A stretch of 64,000 nucleotides of DNA, taken from assembly GCA_000002445.1 (NCBI GenBank), contig CM000207.1, positions 2,368,001 through 2,432,000 on the forward strand, given 5' to 3'. The notes beneath the pieces are model-generated. The model searched no databases. It was not told the DNA's origin and was given only the letters and a program-made list of their open reading frames with translations. This document shows, piece by piece, positions 10,743 through 22,474 of the stretch. The DNA is from Trypanosoma brucei (lineage: Eukaryota). The translations under genes and the position numbers were made by a program. Positions within the stretch are counted from its first letter, which is position 1, and every line of letters starts with the position of its first letter.

Positions 10743-11579
10743 ATGAGCATCACTTTTAATAATTTATGGCTACTTTTGACAGTGTTATGCACTGCAGGTA
10801 TTCGTGCGCACGGTGACTGGAGAGATTGCTATGCTGCTAGGAAACCCCCACCGGCAGGACACGTACGTGTGGTGTGCAATTTGGCGGAACAACTTCGAGG
10901 GTTACCGGATACAGTAAGTTCTGCTCTTGTTAATGCCGCTGCTGCTTCGAGTAAAGCATTTGAAGCAAAGGTACAAGCAGAGGAAGCTGTGGAACTTGCC
11001 GAGTCGAGAGGCCTAAACGTTACGAAAGCGAAGGAAGCTGCTGTGAGAGCAACACTCGCTGCTGAAGCTGCGGCTACGGCTGCAAGTAATGTGGAAATTA
11101 ACGCTGCAAATGTCACTTCCTCGCGTTTGGCTCGTCGCAACCCTAACACAGGCTTTGAGAAAATTGCTATGTGCGAAAACTTGGACGAGGATGTACGAGA
11201 GGCAGCAGTAAAGTGTACAAAGAAAGCGGAGAACGTGACAACCCAATCTCTCAATGAAGCACTTCATAGGTTGGAGAATCTGTACACTAATATGAGTGCT
11301 CTTGAATCCTTACGGGTTGAACATGTTGAAATTGAACGCTTTTTTGAGATGCTCGAAGAACACGTAGAGGAGGCTGTGAGTGCACAAAGACAAGCTGAGG
11401 ATGCAGCTGCCGAGGCAATTAAAATAGCAGCTGCTGATGAGAAGGTGAGAGGATACAAAAAGGAAGAAATAAATCAAACAGCCGGCCCAAATACGGGACC
11501 AGTTGTGAATTCCGTTGCATCACCTGAAGGGTCGGTGCTGCTACTGATGGCTGGACTGTTTCTCGGTTCTGTACTGTAA
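10743..11579 (+). CDS. BARP: BARP-family paralogue (278 aa), shorter linker variant
   Basis: N-terminal patch almost identical to the gene at 5184 ('HGDWRDCYA.RKPPPAGHVRVVC'). Linker 'EAIKIAAADEKVRGYKKEEINQTAGPNTGP'. Confidence 0.75.
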   Translation: MSITFNNLWLLLTVLCTAGIRAHGDWRDCYAARKPPPAGHVRVVCNLAEQLRGLPDTVSSALVNAAAASSKAFEAKVQAEEAVELAESRGLNVTKAKEAAVRATLAAEAAATAASNVEINAANVTSSRLARRNPNTGFEKIAMCENLDEDVREAAVKCTKKAENVTTQSLNEALHRLENLYTNMSALESLRVEHVEIERFFEMLEEHVEEAVSAQRQAEDAAAEAIKIAAADEKVRGYKKEEINQTAGPNTGPVVNSVASPEGSVLLLMAGLFLGSVL

Positions 11580-12594
11580 GAGGTTGCAACTCCATGAATT
11601 GTGATCCCAACCATTCCACTTGTCTCCACACAGTTATGTGCACATACAAGTGAGGCAGCAAACATCCTTTGATATTAGTATTATTTTCTATCAGTGGCTA
11701 TTAATATTGTTATTTTATTTTGTTTCATTTATACTTTCACTTTTATTATTCTTTTTACTTTACTTTACTTTTCCTTTACTGTGTTATCTTTCGAATATCT
11801 GTTCCAACTTTTATCCTTCATTTTTATAACTGTGCAGCTGAGGTGTGTCTATTTTCCTATTTTCATTTTTATTTTTTTCCTTTACTAACTTTGTTTTTTC
11901 ATTATTTTATTCATGTAATGCACTGAGGTGATTGCGTGTAAGCATGGCCACCTATGCGTTACCATCGTAAGAGCGTGTTACTAAAATCTATCATTCCTAC
12001 GCATCCATAATGTCCTATTGTATGCGTAAAGCTAACTGATTCTGAGGGTTTTTATTTTATCATGAAGCAAAACTGTTACACTGTGGGTTTACCTTCACAT
12101 ATCTCTCTCCCATTACTCATTACACTTATTTTATGTTGTATTCTCTCCCTTTTTATTTCATATCTCTATATTTTATGTTACTGTCAGTAGGTTGTATCGT
12201 AATAGTGTAGGATACCCTAAATACTCAATACATGTGCTCTTACTGATTCGATCAGATATTGATATTATCGTGTCTAATGAAATGACTATTGGAAGTTTGG
12301 ATGTGTGCTATTGCATTGCCTCTCTGCTTTGTAATTATGATATTTGATTTCCACTGTCACTTAGAATTGTATTTAGTAGGGAGTAGGGACAGTTCCATGC
12401 TGTGATGTGTGCAGTGTGCTTAAATGATGAGCTGATTGACTGTAATGGTGTCACTACTCATATTGATACTATTGTTGTTGCTATTCCCTGTATTTCCTAC
12501 TGTTGATTCCATTAATCTCTCCTAATTCTCATGACAAGAATCCACTACAAGACAGCAGACACAAGTTTCGATACCATCCAAATTAATAACAATT

Positions 12595-13362
12595 ATGAGC
12601 ATCACTTTTCATAACTTATGGCTACTTTTAACAGTGTTATGCACCGCAGGTATTCGTGCTGACGCAAGTAAGGAGGAGTGTCCGGATAAGGGCTCTTATC
12701 CGGCAGCCGAGGACGTACTTGTATTGTGTCACGTTGCGGAGCAACTTCGAGGGTTACCGGATACAGTGAGTTCTGCTCTTGTTACTGCTGCTGCTGCTTC
12801 GAGTAAAGCATTTGAAGCAAAGGTACAAGCAGAGGAAGCTGTGGAACTTGCCGAGTCGAGAGGCCTAAACGTTACGAAAGCGAAGGAAGCTGCTGTGAGA
12901 GCAACACTCGCTGCTGAAGCTGCGGCTACGGCTGTGAGCTATGCGAATGCGCACGGCACGAAAGTTGGATCGATGACAGAAATACTTTGGGAGGCGGATG
13001 AAGAGTTGCGTGAACTTGTAGTGTGTAAGAGAATGGATGAAGAAACAATAAAAGCTGCTGCAGAGTGTACGGGCACAGCGGAAGTTGTAACAGCCCAATC
13101 ACTCAGTGAGGCACTAGAGGCATTGGCTAATCTACACTATGGTGATGAAAACGTTGCTGAAACCCTACGACGGAAAGATGTTGTGTTCCACAAAGAGCTG
13201 AAATCACTCGAAGGTTACGTGGAGGAGGCTGTTCATGCACAAAAACAGGCTGAGGATGCAGCTGCAGATGCCAATCAAGTAGCTACTGGAAATTCCGTCG
13301 CATCACCTGAAAAGTCAGTGCTGCTACTGATGGCTGGACTGTTTCTCGGTTCTGTACTGTAA
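12595..13362 (+). CDS. BARP: BARP-family paralogue (255 aa), near-identical to 8962-9729
   Basis: Differs from the copy at 8962 by only a handful of residues (R→H, N→T, K→R, S→G). Confidence 0.75.
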   Translation: MSITFHNLWLLLTVLCTAGIRADASKEECPDKGSYPAAEDVLVLCHVAEQLRGLPDTVSSALVTAAAASSKAFEAKVQAEEAVELAESRGLNVTKAKEAAVRATLAAEAAATAVSYANAHGTKVGSMTEILWEADEELRELVVCKRMDEETIKAAAECTGTAEVVTAQSLSEALEALANLHYGDENVAETLRRKDVVFHKELKSLEGYVEEAVHAQKQAEDAAADANQVATGNSVASPEKSVLLLMAGLFLGSVL

Positions 13363-14381
13363 GAGGTTGCAACTCCATGAATTGTGATCCCAACCATTCC
13401 ACTTGTCTCCACACAGTTATGTGCACATACAAGTGAGGCAGCAAACATCCTTTCACATTAGTATTATTTTCTATCAGTGGCTATTAATATTGTTATTTTA
13501 TTTTGTTTCATTTATACTTTCACTTTTATTATTCTTTTTACTTTACTTTACTTTTCCTTTACTGTGTTATCTTTCGAATATCTGTTCCAACTTTTATCCT
13601 TCATTTTTATAACTGTGCAGCTGAGGTGTGTCTATTTTCCTATTTTCATTTTTATTTTTTTCCTTTACCACCTTTGTTTTTTCATTATTTTATTCATGTA
13701 ATGCACTGAGGTGATTGCGTGTAAGCATGGCCACCTATGCGTTACAATAGTGACACTTTTTTTTTAATCAAAATCTATCATTCCTACGCATCCATAATGT
13801 CCTATTGTATGCGTAAAGCTAACTGATTCTGAGGGGTTTTATTTTATCATGAAGCAAAACTGTTACACTGTGGGTTTACCTTCACATATCTCTCTCCCAT
13901 TACTCATTACACTTATTTTATGTTGTATTCTCTCCCTTTTTATTTCATATCTCTATATTTTATGTTACTGTCAGTAGGTTGTATCGTAATAGTGTAGGAT
14001 ACCCTAAATGCTCAATACATGTGCTCTTACTGGTTCCATCAGATATTGATATTATCGTGTCTAATGAAATGACTATTGGAAGTTTGGATGTGTGCTATTG
14101 CATTGCCTCTCTGCTTTGTAATTATGATATTTGATTTCCACTGTCACTTAGAATTGTATTTAGTAGGGAGTGGGGACAGTTCCATGCTGTGATGTGTGCA
14201 GTGTGCTTAAATGATGAGCTGATTGACTGTAATGGTGTCACTACTCATATTGATACTATTAATGTTGCTATTCTTTGTATTTCCCACTGTTGATTCCAAT
14301 AATCTCTCCTAATTCTCATGACAAGAATCCACTACAAGACAGCAGACACAAGTTTCGATACCATCCAAATTAATAACAATT

Positions 14382-15362
14382 ATGAGCATCACTTTTCATA
14401 ATTTATGGCTACTTTTGACAGTGTTATGCACTGCAGGTATTCGTGCTGACCCAAGTAAGGAGGAGTGTCCGGATTTGGGAGGTTATCCATCAGCTGACGA
14501 CGTACTTGTATTGTGTTATTTGGCGGAACAACTTCGAGGGTTACCGGATACAATAAGTTCTGCTCTTGTTAATGCCGCTGCTGCTTCGAGTAAAGCATTT
14601 GAAGCAAAGGTACAAGCAGAGGAAGCTGTGGAACTTGCCGAGTCGAAAGGCCTAAACGTTACGAAAGCGAAGGAAGCTGCTGTGAGAGCAACACTCGCTG
14701 CTGAAGCTGCGGCCACGGCTGCAAGTAATGTGGAAATTAACGCTGCAAATATTTCTGCTTTCTCTATTGATTTTTTGGAGAGTGCGAACTTGTTGCTGTT
14801 TGAAGTTAGGGACGCAAAAGATGTTGGTGAAGACGTGAGAATCGTGGCGCAAAGGTGCACGGGTGAAGCGAACTTTGTTACGGTTGCTTCTCTAACCAAT
14901 GCACTGGATAATGTTACTTCTCTGTACTCCGTGTATGGTAAAGGCACGGCTTCTTTGAGTATGGAAAGTGTTGCCCTTTTGGAGGAGCTGAAGATGTTGG
15001 AAGATGGCTTGAAGAAGTCACAGGTTGCTGTTTCGGTGGCGGCTGACGCAGCAGACCAGTCGAAACTATTGGTAGATGCAGTTGAAGTATCGGGCAATAC
15101 TGCCAAAGGGGCTGTCAATAACCATAATACCGCAAATAATGAAAGCAACAAAGCAACAAGAAATAAAGATCAAGATGAAGGTAGAACAGTCGGAAACAAC
15201 GACAAGGAATTTACTATAACTTCTGAGGATTATACGAAGAAAAACCAAGGAGAAAACGGGGACCTGAGCTCGATTACCCTTACAGAAGATAGCGGAAGTT
15301 CTTTTATCGCTAAATATCCCTTTCACCTGTGTACCATATTCACTTTCTATACACTTCTATGA
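14382..15362 (+). CDS. Aberrant BARP-family member (326 aa): conserved N-half, divergent C-half, canonical GPI signal lost
   Basis: Identical signal peptide and core up to 'NVEINAANI'. After that the sequence is unique, with an N/K/D/T-rich tail ending 'SSFIAKYPFHLCTIFTFYTLL'. The canonical post-stop element is missing and ~180 nt of unique 3' flank follows (15363-15545). Confidence 0.6.
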   Translation: MSITFHNLWLLLTVLCTAGIRADPSKEECPDLGGYPSADDVLVLCYLAEQLRGLPDTISSALVNAAAASSKAFEAKVQAEEAVELAESKGLNVTKAKEAAVRATLAAEAAATAASNVEINAANISAFSIDFLESANLLLFEVRDAKDVGEDVRIVAQRCTGEANFVTVASLTNALDNVTSLYSVYGKGTASLSMESVALLEELKMLEDGLKKSQVAVSVAADAADQSKLLVDAVEVSGNTAKGAVNNHNTANNESNKATRNKDQDEGRTVGNNDKEFTITSEDYTKKNQGENGDLSSITLTEDSGSSFIAKYPFHLCTIFTFYTLL

Positions 15363-16321
15363 TAAGCGACGGCGTAACAATTTTTGTCACAAACACATTC
15401 CGAGACGTCATTTAATTAATACAATCATGAATTAAACTTATCCACGGTATATACAAAAGTGCGACTTTCCACGAAAAGGTCGTCATCTTTTCCCTAAAAC
15501 ACCTTCTCTTGTATTTTATAAAAAGTTGTTGTTGCTTTTATCTTTCTTTTTTATAACTGTGCAGCTGAGGTGCGTCTATTTTCCTATTTTCATTTTTATT
15601 TTTTTCCTTTACTAACTTTGTTTTTTCATTATTTTATTCATGTAATGCACTGAGGTGATTGCGTGTAAGCATGGCCACCTATGCGTTACCATTGTAAAAC
15701 CGTGTTACTAAAACGTATCATTCCTACGCATCCATAATGTCCTATTGTATGCGTAAAGCTAACTGATTCTGAGGGTTTTTATTTTATCATGAAGCAAAAA
15801 TGTTACACTGTGGGTTTACCTTCACATATCTCTCTCCCATTACTCATTACACTTATTTTATGTTGTATTCTCTCCCTTTTTATTTCATATCTCTATATTT
15901 TATGTTACTGTCAGTAGGTTGTATCGTAATAGTGTAGGATACCCTAAATACTCAATACATGTGCTCTTGTTGATTCGATCAGATATTGATATTATCGTGT
16001 CTAATGAAATGACTATTGGAAGTTTGGGTGTGTGCTATTGCATTGCCTCTCTGCTTTGTAATTATGATATTTGATTTCCACTGTCACTTAGAATTGTATT
16101 TAGTAGGGAGCGGGGACAGTTCCATGCTGTGATGTGTGCAGTGTGCTTAAATGATGAGCTGATTGACTGTAATGGTGTCACTACTCATATTGATACTATT
16201 AATGTTGCTATTCCCTGTATTTCCTACTGTTGATTCCATTAATCTCTCCTAATTCTCATGACAAGAATCCACTACAAGACAGCACACACAAGTTTCGATA
16301 CCATCCAAATTAATAACAATT

Positions 16322-17104
16322 ATGAGCATCACTTTTAATAATTTATGGCTACTTTTGACAGTGTTATGCACTTCAGGTATTCGTGCTCATCATGTCTGGA
16401 ATGATTGCTTTGCTGATGGAAACCATCCACCTGTAGATGAGATTCCCGTCTTGTGTCGTGTGGCGGAACAACTTCGAGGTTTACCGGATACAATAAGTTC
16501 TGCTGTGGAAACTGCCGCTGCTGCTTCGAGTAAAGCATTTGAAGCAAAGGTACAAGCAGAGGAAGCTGTGGAACTTGCCGAGTCGAAAGGCCTAAACGTT
16601 ACGAAAGCGAAGGAAGCTGCTGTGAGAGCAACACTCGCTGCTGAAGCTGCGGCTACGGCTGCAAGTAATGTGGAAATTAACGCTGCAAATATTGCTGCGG
16701 TGCCGTGGTCACAACGAAGACAGGATGTGGGGTTACAGGAACTTGCACTATGCGACAATGTGGACAAGGATGTACGAGAGGCGGCAGCAAAGTGTACAAA
16801 GAAAGCGGACAACGTGACAGCCCAATCGCTCAGTGCGGCACTAGAAGCGTTGGAGAATTTATACACTGATGTGAATACCCGGGAGACCTTGCGGCGGGAA
16901 GATGTTGAGTTTCACACGGAGCTGAAATCGTTAGAGGAACATGTGGAGGAGGCTGTCCGTGCACAAAAACAAGCTGAGGATGCAGCTGCAGATGCAATTA
17001 AAATAGCCGGTACAAATACGGGACCAGTTGTGAATTCCGTTGCATCACCTGAAGGGTCGGTGCTGCTACTGATGGCTGGATTGTTTCTCGGTTCTGTACT
17101 GTAA
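16322..17104 (+). CDS. BARP: BARP-family paralogue (260 aa)
   Basis: Conserved signal, core and GPI tail. Confidence 0.75.
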   Translation: MSITFNNLWLLLTVLCTSGIRAHHVWNDCFADGNHPPVDEIPVLCRVAEQLRGLPDTISSAVETAAAASSKAFEAKVQAEEAVELAESKGLNVTKAKEAAVRATLAAEAAATAASNVEINAANIAAVPWSQRRQDVGLQELALCDNVDKDVREAAAKCTKKADNVTAQSLSAALEALENLYTDVNTRETLRREDVEFHTELKSLEEHVEEAVRAQKQAEDAAADAIKIAGTNTGPVVNSVASPEGSVLLLMAGLFLGSVL

Positions 17105-18117
17105 GAGGTTGCAACTCCATGAATTGTGATCCCAACCATTCCACTTGTCTCCACACAGTTATGTGCACATACAAGTGAGGCAGCAAACATCCTTTGATAT
17201 TAGTATTATTTTCTATCAGTGGCTATTAATATTGTTATTTTATTTTGTTTCATTTATACTTTCACTTTTATTATTCTTTTTACTTTACTTTACTTTTCCT
17301 TTCATTATTTTATCTTTCGAATATCTGTTGTAACTTTTATCCTTCATTTTTATAACTGATTTTCTAGTGTGTTTATTGCCCTACTTTTAGTTGTATTTTT
17401 TCCTTTATTACCTTTTTTATTTCATTATTTTATTCATGTAATGCACTGAGGTGATTGCGTGTAAGCATGGCCACCTATGCGTTACCATTGTAAAACCGTT
17501 TTGCTAAAATCTATCATTCCTACGCATCCATAATGTCCTATTGTATGCGTAAAGCTAACTGATTCTGAGGGTCTTTATTTTATCATGAAGCAAAACTGTT
17601 ACACTGTGGGTTTACCTTCACATATCTCTCTCCCATTACTCATTACACTTATTTTATGTTGTATTCTCTCCCTTTTTATTTCATATCTCTATATTTTATG
17701 TTACTGTCAGTAGGTTGTATCGTAATAGTGTAGGATACCCTAAATGCTCAATACATGTGCTCTTACTGATTCGATCAGATATTGATATTATCGTGTCTAA
17801 TGAAATGACTATTGGAAGTTTGGGTGTGTGCTATTGCATTGCCTCTCTGCTTTGTAATTATGATATTTGATTTCCACTGTCACTTAGAATTGTATTTAGT
17901 AGGGAGTGGGGACAGTTCCATGCTGTGATGTGTGCAGTGTGCTTAACTGATGAGCTGATTGACTGTAATGGTGTCACTACTCATATTGATACTATTGTTG
18001 TTGCTATTCTTTGTATTTCCCACTGTTGATTCCATTAATCTCTCCTAATTCTCATGACAAGAATCCACTACAAGACAGCAGACACAAGTTTCGATACCAT
18101 CCAAATTAATAACAATT

Positions 18118-18900
18118 ATGAGCATCACTTTTCATAACTTATGGCTACTTTTGACAGTGTTATGCACTGCAGGTATTCGTGCTGACTATATCTGGAACAA
18201 CTGCTCTGTTGAAAACAGTCATCCTCCGCTGGAAGAAATACGTGTCTTGTGTCGTGTGGCGGAACAGCTTCGAGGGTTACCGGAGACAGTAAGTTCTGCT
18301 GTGGAAACTGCCGCTGCTGCTTCGAGTAAAGCATTTGAAGCAAAGGTACAAGCAGAGGAAGCTGTGGAACTTGCCGAGTCGAGAGGTCTAAACGTTACGA
18401 AAGCAAAGGAAGCTGCTGTGAGAGCAACACTCGCTGCTGAAGCTGCGGCCACGGCTGCAAGTAATGTGGAAATTAACGCTGCAAATATTGCTGCGGTGCC
18501 GTGGTTACAACCAATCTCTGATGCAGGTTTGGAAAACCTTTCTAAATGCGAGCACATAGACAAGTATGTGCAGGAGGCGGCAGCAGAGTGCTCAAAGAAA
18601 GCAGAACATGTGACGGCTCAATCGCTTAGTGCGGCACTGGAAGGGTTGGAGAATCTATTCACTGATGTGAGTACTAGGGAAGCCTTACGGAAGGAAACCA
18701 TTGAGTTTCACACTGAGCTGAAATCGTTAGAGGAACATGTCGAAGAGGCTGTCCGTGCACAAAAACGGGCTGAGGATGCAGCTGCATATGCGAATCAAAC
18801 AGTCGGTACAAATACGGGACCAGTTGGAAATTCTGTTGCATCACCTGAAGGGTCAGTGCTGCTACTGATGGCTGGACTGTTTCTCGGTTCTGTACTGTAA
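18118..18900 (+). CDS. BARP: BARP-family paralogue (260 aa)
   Basis: Conserved signal, core and GPI tail. Confidence 0.75.
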   Translation: MSITFHNLWLLLTVLCTAGIRADYIWNNCSVENSHPPLEEIRVLCRVAEQLRGLPETVSSAVETAAAASSKAFEAKVQAEEAVELAESRGLNVTKAKEAAVRATLAAEAAATAASNVEINAANIAAVPWLQPISDAGLENLSKCEHIDKYVQEAAAECSKKAEHVTAQSLSAALEGLENLFTDVSTREALRKETIEFHTELKSLEEHVEEAVRAQKRAEDAAAYANQTVGTNTGPVGNSVASPEGSVLLLMAGLFLGSVL

Positions 18901-19913
18901 GAGGTTGCAACTCCATGAATTGTGATCCCAACCATTCCACTTGTCTCCACACAGTTATGTGCACATACAAGTGAGGCAACAAATATCCTTTGATATTAGT
19001 ATTATTTTCTATCAGTGGCTATTAATATTGTTATTTTATTTTGTTTCATTTATACTTTCATTTTTATTATTCTTTTTACTTTACTTTTCCTTTCATTATT
19101 TTATCTTTCGAATATCTGTTGTAACTTTTATCCTTCATTTTTATAACTGATTTTCTAGTGTGTTTATTGCCCTACTTTTTAGCTATATTTTTTCCTTTAT
19201 TACCTTTTTTATTTCATTATTTTATTCATGTATTGCACTGAGGTGATTGCGTGTAAGCATGGCCACCTATGCGTTACAATAGTGACACTTTTTTTTTAAT
19301 CAAAATCTATCATTCCTACGCATCCATAATGTCCTATTGTATGCGTAAAGCTAACTGATTCTGAGGGGTTTTATTTTATCATGAAGCAAAAATGTTACAC
19401 TGTGGGTTTACCTTCACATATCTCTCTCCCATTACTCATTACACTTATTTTATGTTGTATTCTCTCCCTTTTTATTTCATATCTCTATATTTTATGTTAC
19501 TGTCAGTAGGTTGTATCGTAATAGTGTAGGATACCCTAAATACTCAATACATGTGCTCTTACTGATTCCATCAGATATTGATATTATCGTGTCTAATGAA
19601 ATGACTATTGGAAGTTTGGGTGTGTGCTATTGCATTGCCTCTCTGCTTTGTAATTATGATATTTGATTTCCACTGTCACTTAGAATTGTATTTAGTAGGG
19701 AGTGGGGACAGTTCCATGCTGTGATGTGTGCAGTGTGCTTAACTGATGAGCTGATTGACTGTAATGGTGTCACTACTCATATTGATACTATTGTTGTTGC
19801 TATTCTTTGTATTTCCCACTGTTGATTCCAATAATCTCTCCTAATTCTCATGACAAGAATCCACTACAAGACAGCAGACACAAGTTTCGATACCATCCAA
19901 ATTAATAACAATT

Positions 19914-20678
19914 ATGAGCATCACTTTTCATAACTTATGGCTACTTTTGACAGTGTTATGCACTGCAGGTATTCGTGCTGACGATATCTGGAACGACTGC
20001 CTTGCCAGCAGTAATGGTCCACCACTGAAACACATAGAAGTGTTATGTAATTTGGCGGAACAACTTCGAGGTTTACCGGATACAGTAAGTTCTGCTGTGA
20101 TTTCTGTAACGGAAGCATCTATAAAGGCCTCGAAAGCAAAGGTACAAGCAGAGGAAGCTGTGGAACTTGCCGAGTCGAAAGGCCTAAACGTTACGAAAGC
20201 GAAGGAAGCTGCTGTGAGAGCAACACTCGCTGCTGAAGCTGCGGCTACGGCTGCAAGTAATGTGGAAATTAACGCTGCAAATATTGCTGAACTTCCTTGG
20301 TCTCAAAGGAGGAGAGACGCTGGTTTGCAGAATATTGAACACTGCAAAAATTTGGATAAGGATGTACGAGAGGCAGCAGTAAAGTGTACAAAGAAAGCGG
20401 AGAACGTGACAGCCGATTCTCTCCGTGCGGCACTGGAAGGGTTGGAAACATTGTTCAGCGACGTTTACATACTAGTAACGTTGCGGAAGGAAAAAGTTGA
20501 GATGCAGGAAGAAATGCAATCGTTAGAACAAAACGCAGCGACAGTCCTTCGTGTACTTCAAAAGGCTGAGGATGCAGCAGCTGATGCAAATCGAGAAGCC
20601 CTTGGAAATTCCGTTGCATCACCTGAAGGCTCGGTGCTGCTACTGATGGCTGGATTGTTTCTCGGTTCTGTACTGTAA
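19914..20678 (+). CDS. BARP: BARP-family paralogue (254 aa), most divergent core and C-terminus
   Basis: Signal and GPI tail conserved. Core 'SAVISVTEASIKASKAKVQ' and C-half 'MQEEMQSLEQNAATVLRVLQKAEDAAADANREALGNS' diverge from the rest. Confidence 0.7.
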   Translation: MSITFHNLWLLLTVLCTAGIRADDIWNDCLASSNGPPLKHIEVLCNLAEQLRGLPDTVSSAVISVTEASIKASKAKVQAEEAVELAESKGLNVTKAKEAAVRATLAAEAAATAASNVEINAANIAELPWSQRRRDAGLQNIEHCKNLDKDVREAAVKCTKKAENVTADSLRAALEGLETLFSDVYILVTLRKEKVEMQEEMQSLEQNAATVLRVLQKAEDAAADANREALGNSVASPEGSVLLLMAGLFLGSVL

Positions 20679-21688
20679 GAGGTTGCAACTCCATGAATTG
20701 TGATCCCAACCATTCCACTTGTCTCCACACAGTTATGTGCACATACAAGTGAGGCAACAAACATCCTTTCATATTAACCTTATTTTCTATCAGTGGCTAT
20801 TAATATTGTTATTTTATTTTGTTTCATTTATACTTTCACTTTTATTATTCTTTTTACTTTACTTTTCCTTTCATTATTTTATCTTTCGAATATCTGTTCC
20901 AACTTTTATCCTTCATTTTTATAACTGATTTTCTAGTGTGTTTATTGCCCTACTTTTAGTTGTATTTTTTCCTTTATTACCTTTTTTATTTCATTATTTT
21001 ATTCATGTAATGCACTGAGGTGATTGCGTGTAAGCATGGCCATCTATGCGTTACAATAGTGACACTTTTTTTTATCAAAATCTATCATTCCTACGCATCC
21101 ATAATGTCCTATTGTATGCGTAAAGCTAACTGATTCTGAGGGTTTTTATTTTATCATGAAGCAAAAATGTTACACTGTGGGTTTACCTTTACATATCTCT
21201 CTCCCATTACTCATTACACTTATTTTATGTTGTATTCTCTCCCTTTTTATTTCATATCTCTATATTTTATGTTACTGTCAGTATGTTGTATCGTAATAGT
21301 GTAGGATACCCTAAATGCTCAATACATGTGCTCTTACTGATTCGATCAGATATTGATATTATCGTGTCTAATGAAATGACTATTGGAAGTTTGGGTGTGT
21401 GCTATTGCATTGCCTCTCTGCTTTGTAATTATGATATTTGATTTCCACTGTCACTTAGAATTGTATTTAGTAGGGAGTGGGGACAGTTCCATGCTGTGAT
21501 GTGTGCAGTGTGCTTAAATGATGAGCTGATTGACTGTAATGGTGTCACTACTCATATTGATACTATTGTTGTTGCTATTCTTTGCATTTCCCACTGTTGA
21601 TTCCATTAATCTCTCCTAATTCTCATGACAAGAATCCACTACAAGACAGCAGACACAAGTTTCGATACCATCCGAATAAATAACAATT

Positions 21689-22474
21689 ATGAGCATCACT
21701 TTTCATAATTTATGGCTACTTTTGACAGTGTTATGCACTGCAGGTATTCGTGGTGATCGAGTCTGGTACGATTGTCCAGAAAAAGGAGTGGACACATCGC
21801 GGGACGACATACAAGCTTTGTGCCGTGCAGCGGAGCAGTTCAGAGGCCTATCACAAACAGTAACATCTGCTGTGGAAACTTCCGCGGCTGCTTCAAGTAA
21901 AGCATTTGAAGCAAAGGTACAAGCAGAGGAAGCTGTGGAACTTGCCGAGTCGAGAGGCCTAAACGTTACGAAAGCGAAGGAAGCTGCTGTGAGAGCAACA
22001 CTCGCTGCTGAAGCTGCGGCCACGGCTGCAAGTAATGTGGAAATTGACGCTGCAAATATTGCTGCGGTGCCGTGGTCACAACCAAGCAGTGATGCAGGTT
22101 TACAAAAGCTGGCACTTTGTGAAAACATCGACAAGAGTTTACGACAGTTGGCATCAAAGTGCTCGAAGAGAGCGGAAAACGTGACGGCCCAATCGCTCAG
22201 TGAGGCGTTGGAGGGACTAAGAAAACTACACTACAATGATGTATACGTTAAGGAAATATTAGAGAGAGAAGATGTTGAGTTCCACAAAGAGTTTATGTGG
22301 TTACAGCACCACCTCCGGGAGGCTGTCCGTGCACAAAAACAGGCTGAGGATGCAGCTGCAGAGGCGAATGAAATAGCCGGCACAAATACGGGACCAGTTG
22401 GAAATTCCGTTGCATCACCTGAAGGGTCAGTGCTGCTACTGATGGCTGGACTGTTTCTCGGTTCTGTACTGTAA
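21689..22474 (+). CDS. BARP: BARP-family paralogue (261 aa)
   Basis: Conserved signal, core and GPI tail. Confidence 0.75.
   Translation: MSITFHNLWLLLTVLCTAGIRGDRVWYDCPEKGVDTSRDDIQALCRAAEQFRGLSQTVTSAVETSAAASSKAFEAKVQAEEAVELAESRGLNVTKAKEAAVRATLAAEAAATAASNVEIDAANIAAVPWSQPSSDAGLQKLALCENIDKSLRQLASKCSKRAENVTAQSLSEALEGLRKLHYNDVYVKEILEREDVEFHKEFMWLQHHLREAVRAQKQAEDAAAEANEIAGTNTGPVGNSVASPEGSVLLLMAGLFLGSVL

Noticed and set aside
14516-15151. Long antisense ORFs (60-211 aa) on the - strand overlapping every BARP gene (e.g. 1691-2101, 10829-11254, 14516-15151, 23831-24355)
   Set aside because: Their products are low-complexity Ala/Ser/Thr strings, exactly mirroring the GCN-rich sense codons. The Ala-rich sense frame suppresses stop codons on the opposite strand. 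They carry no independent signal peptide or conservation pattern.
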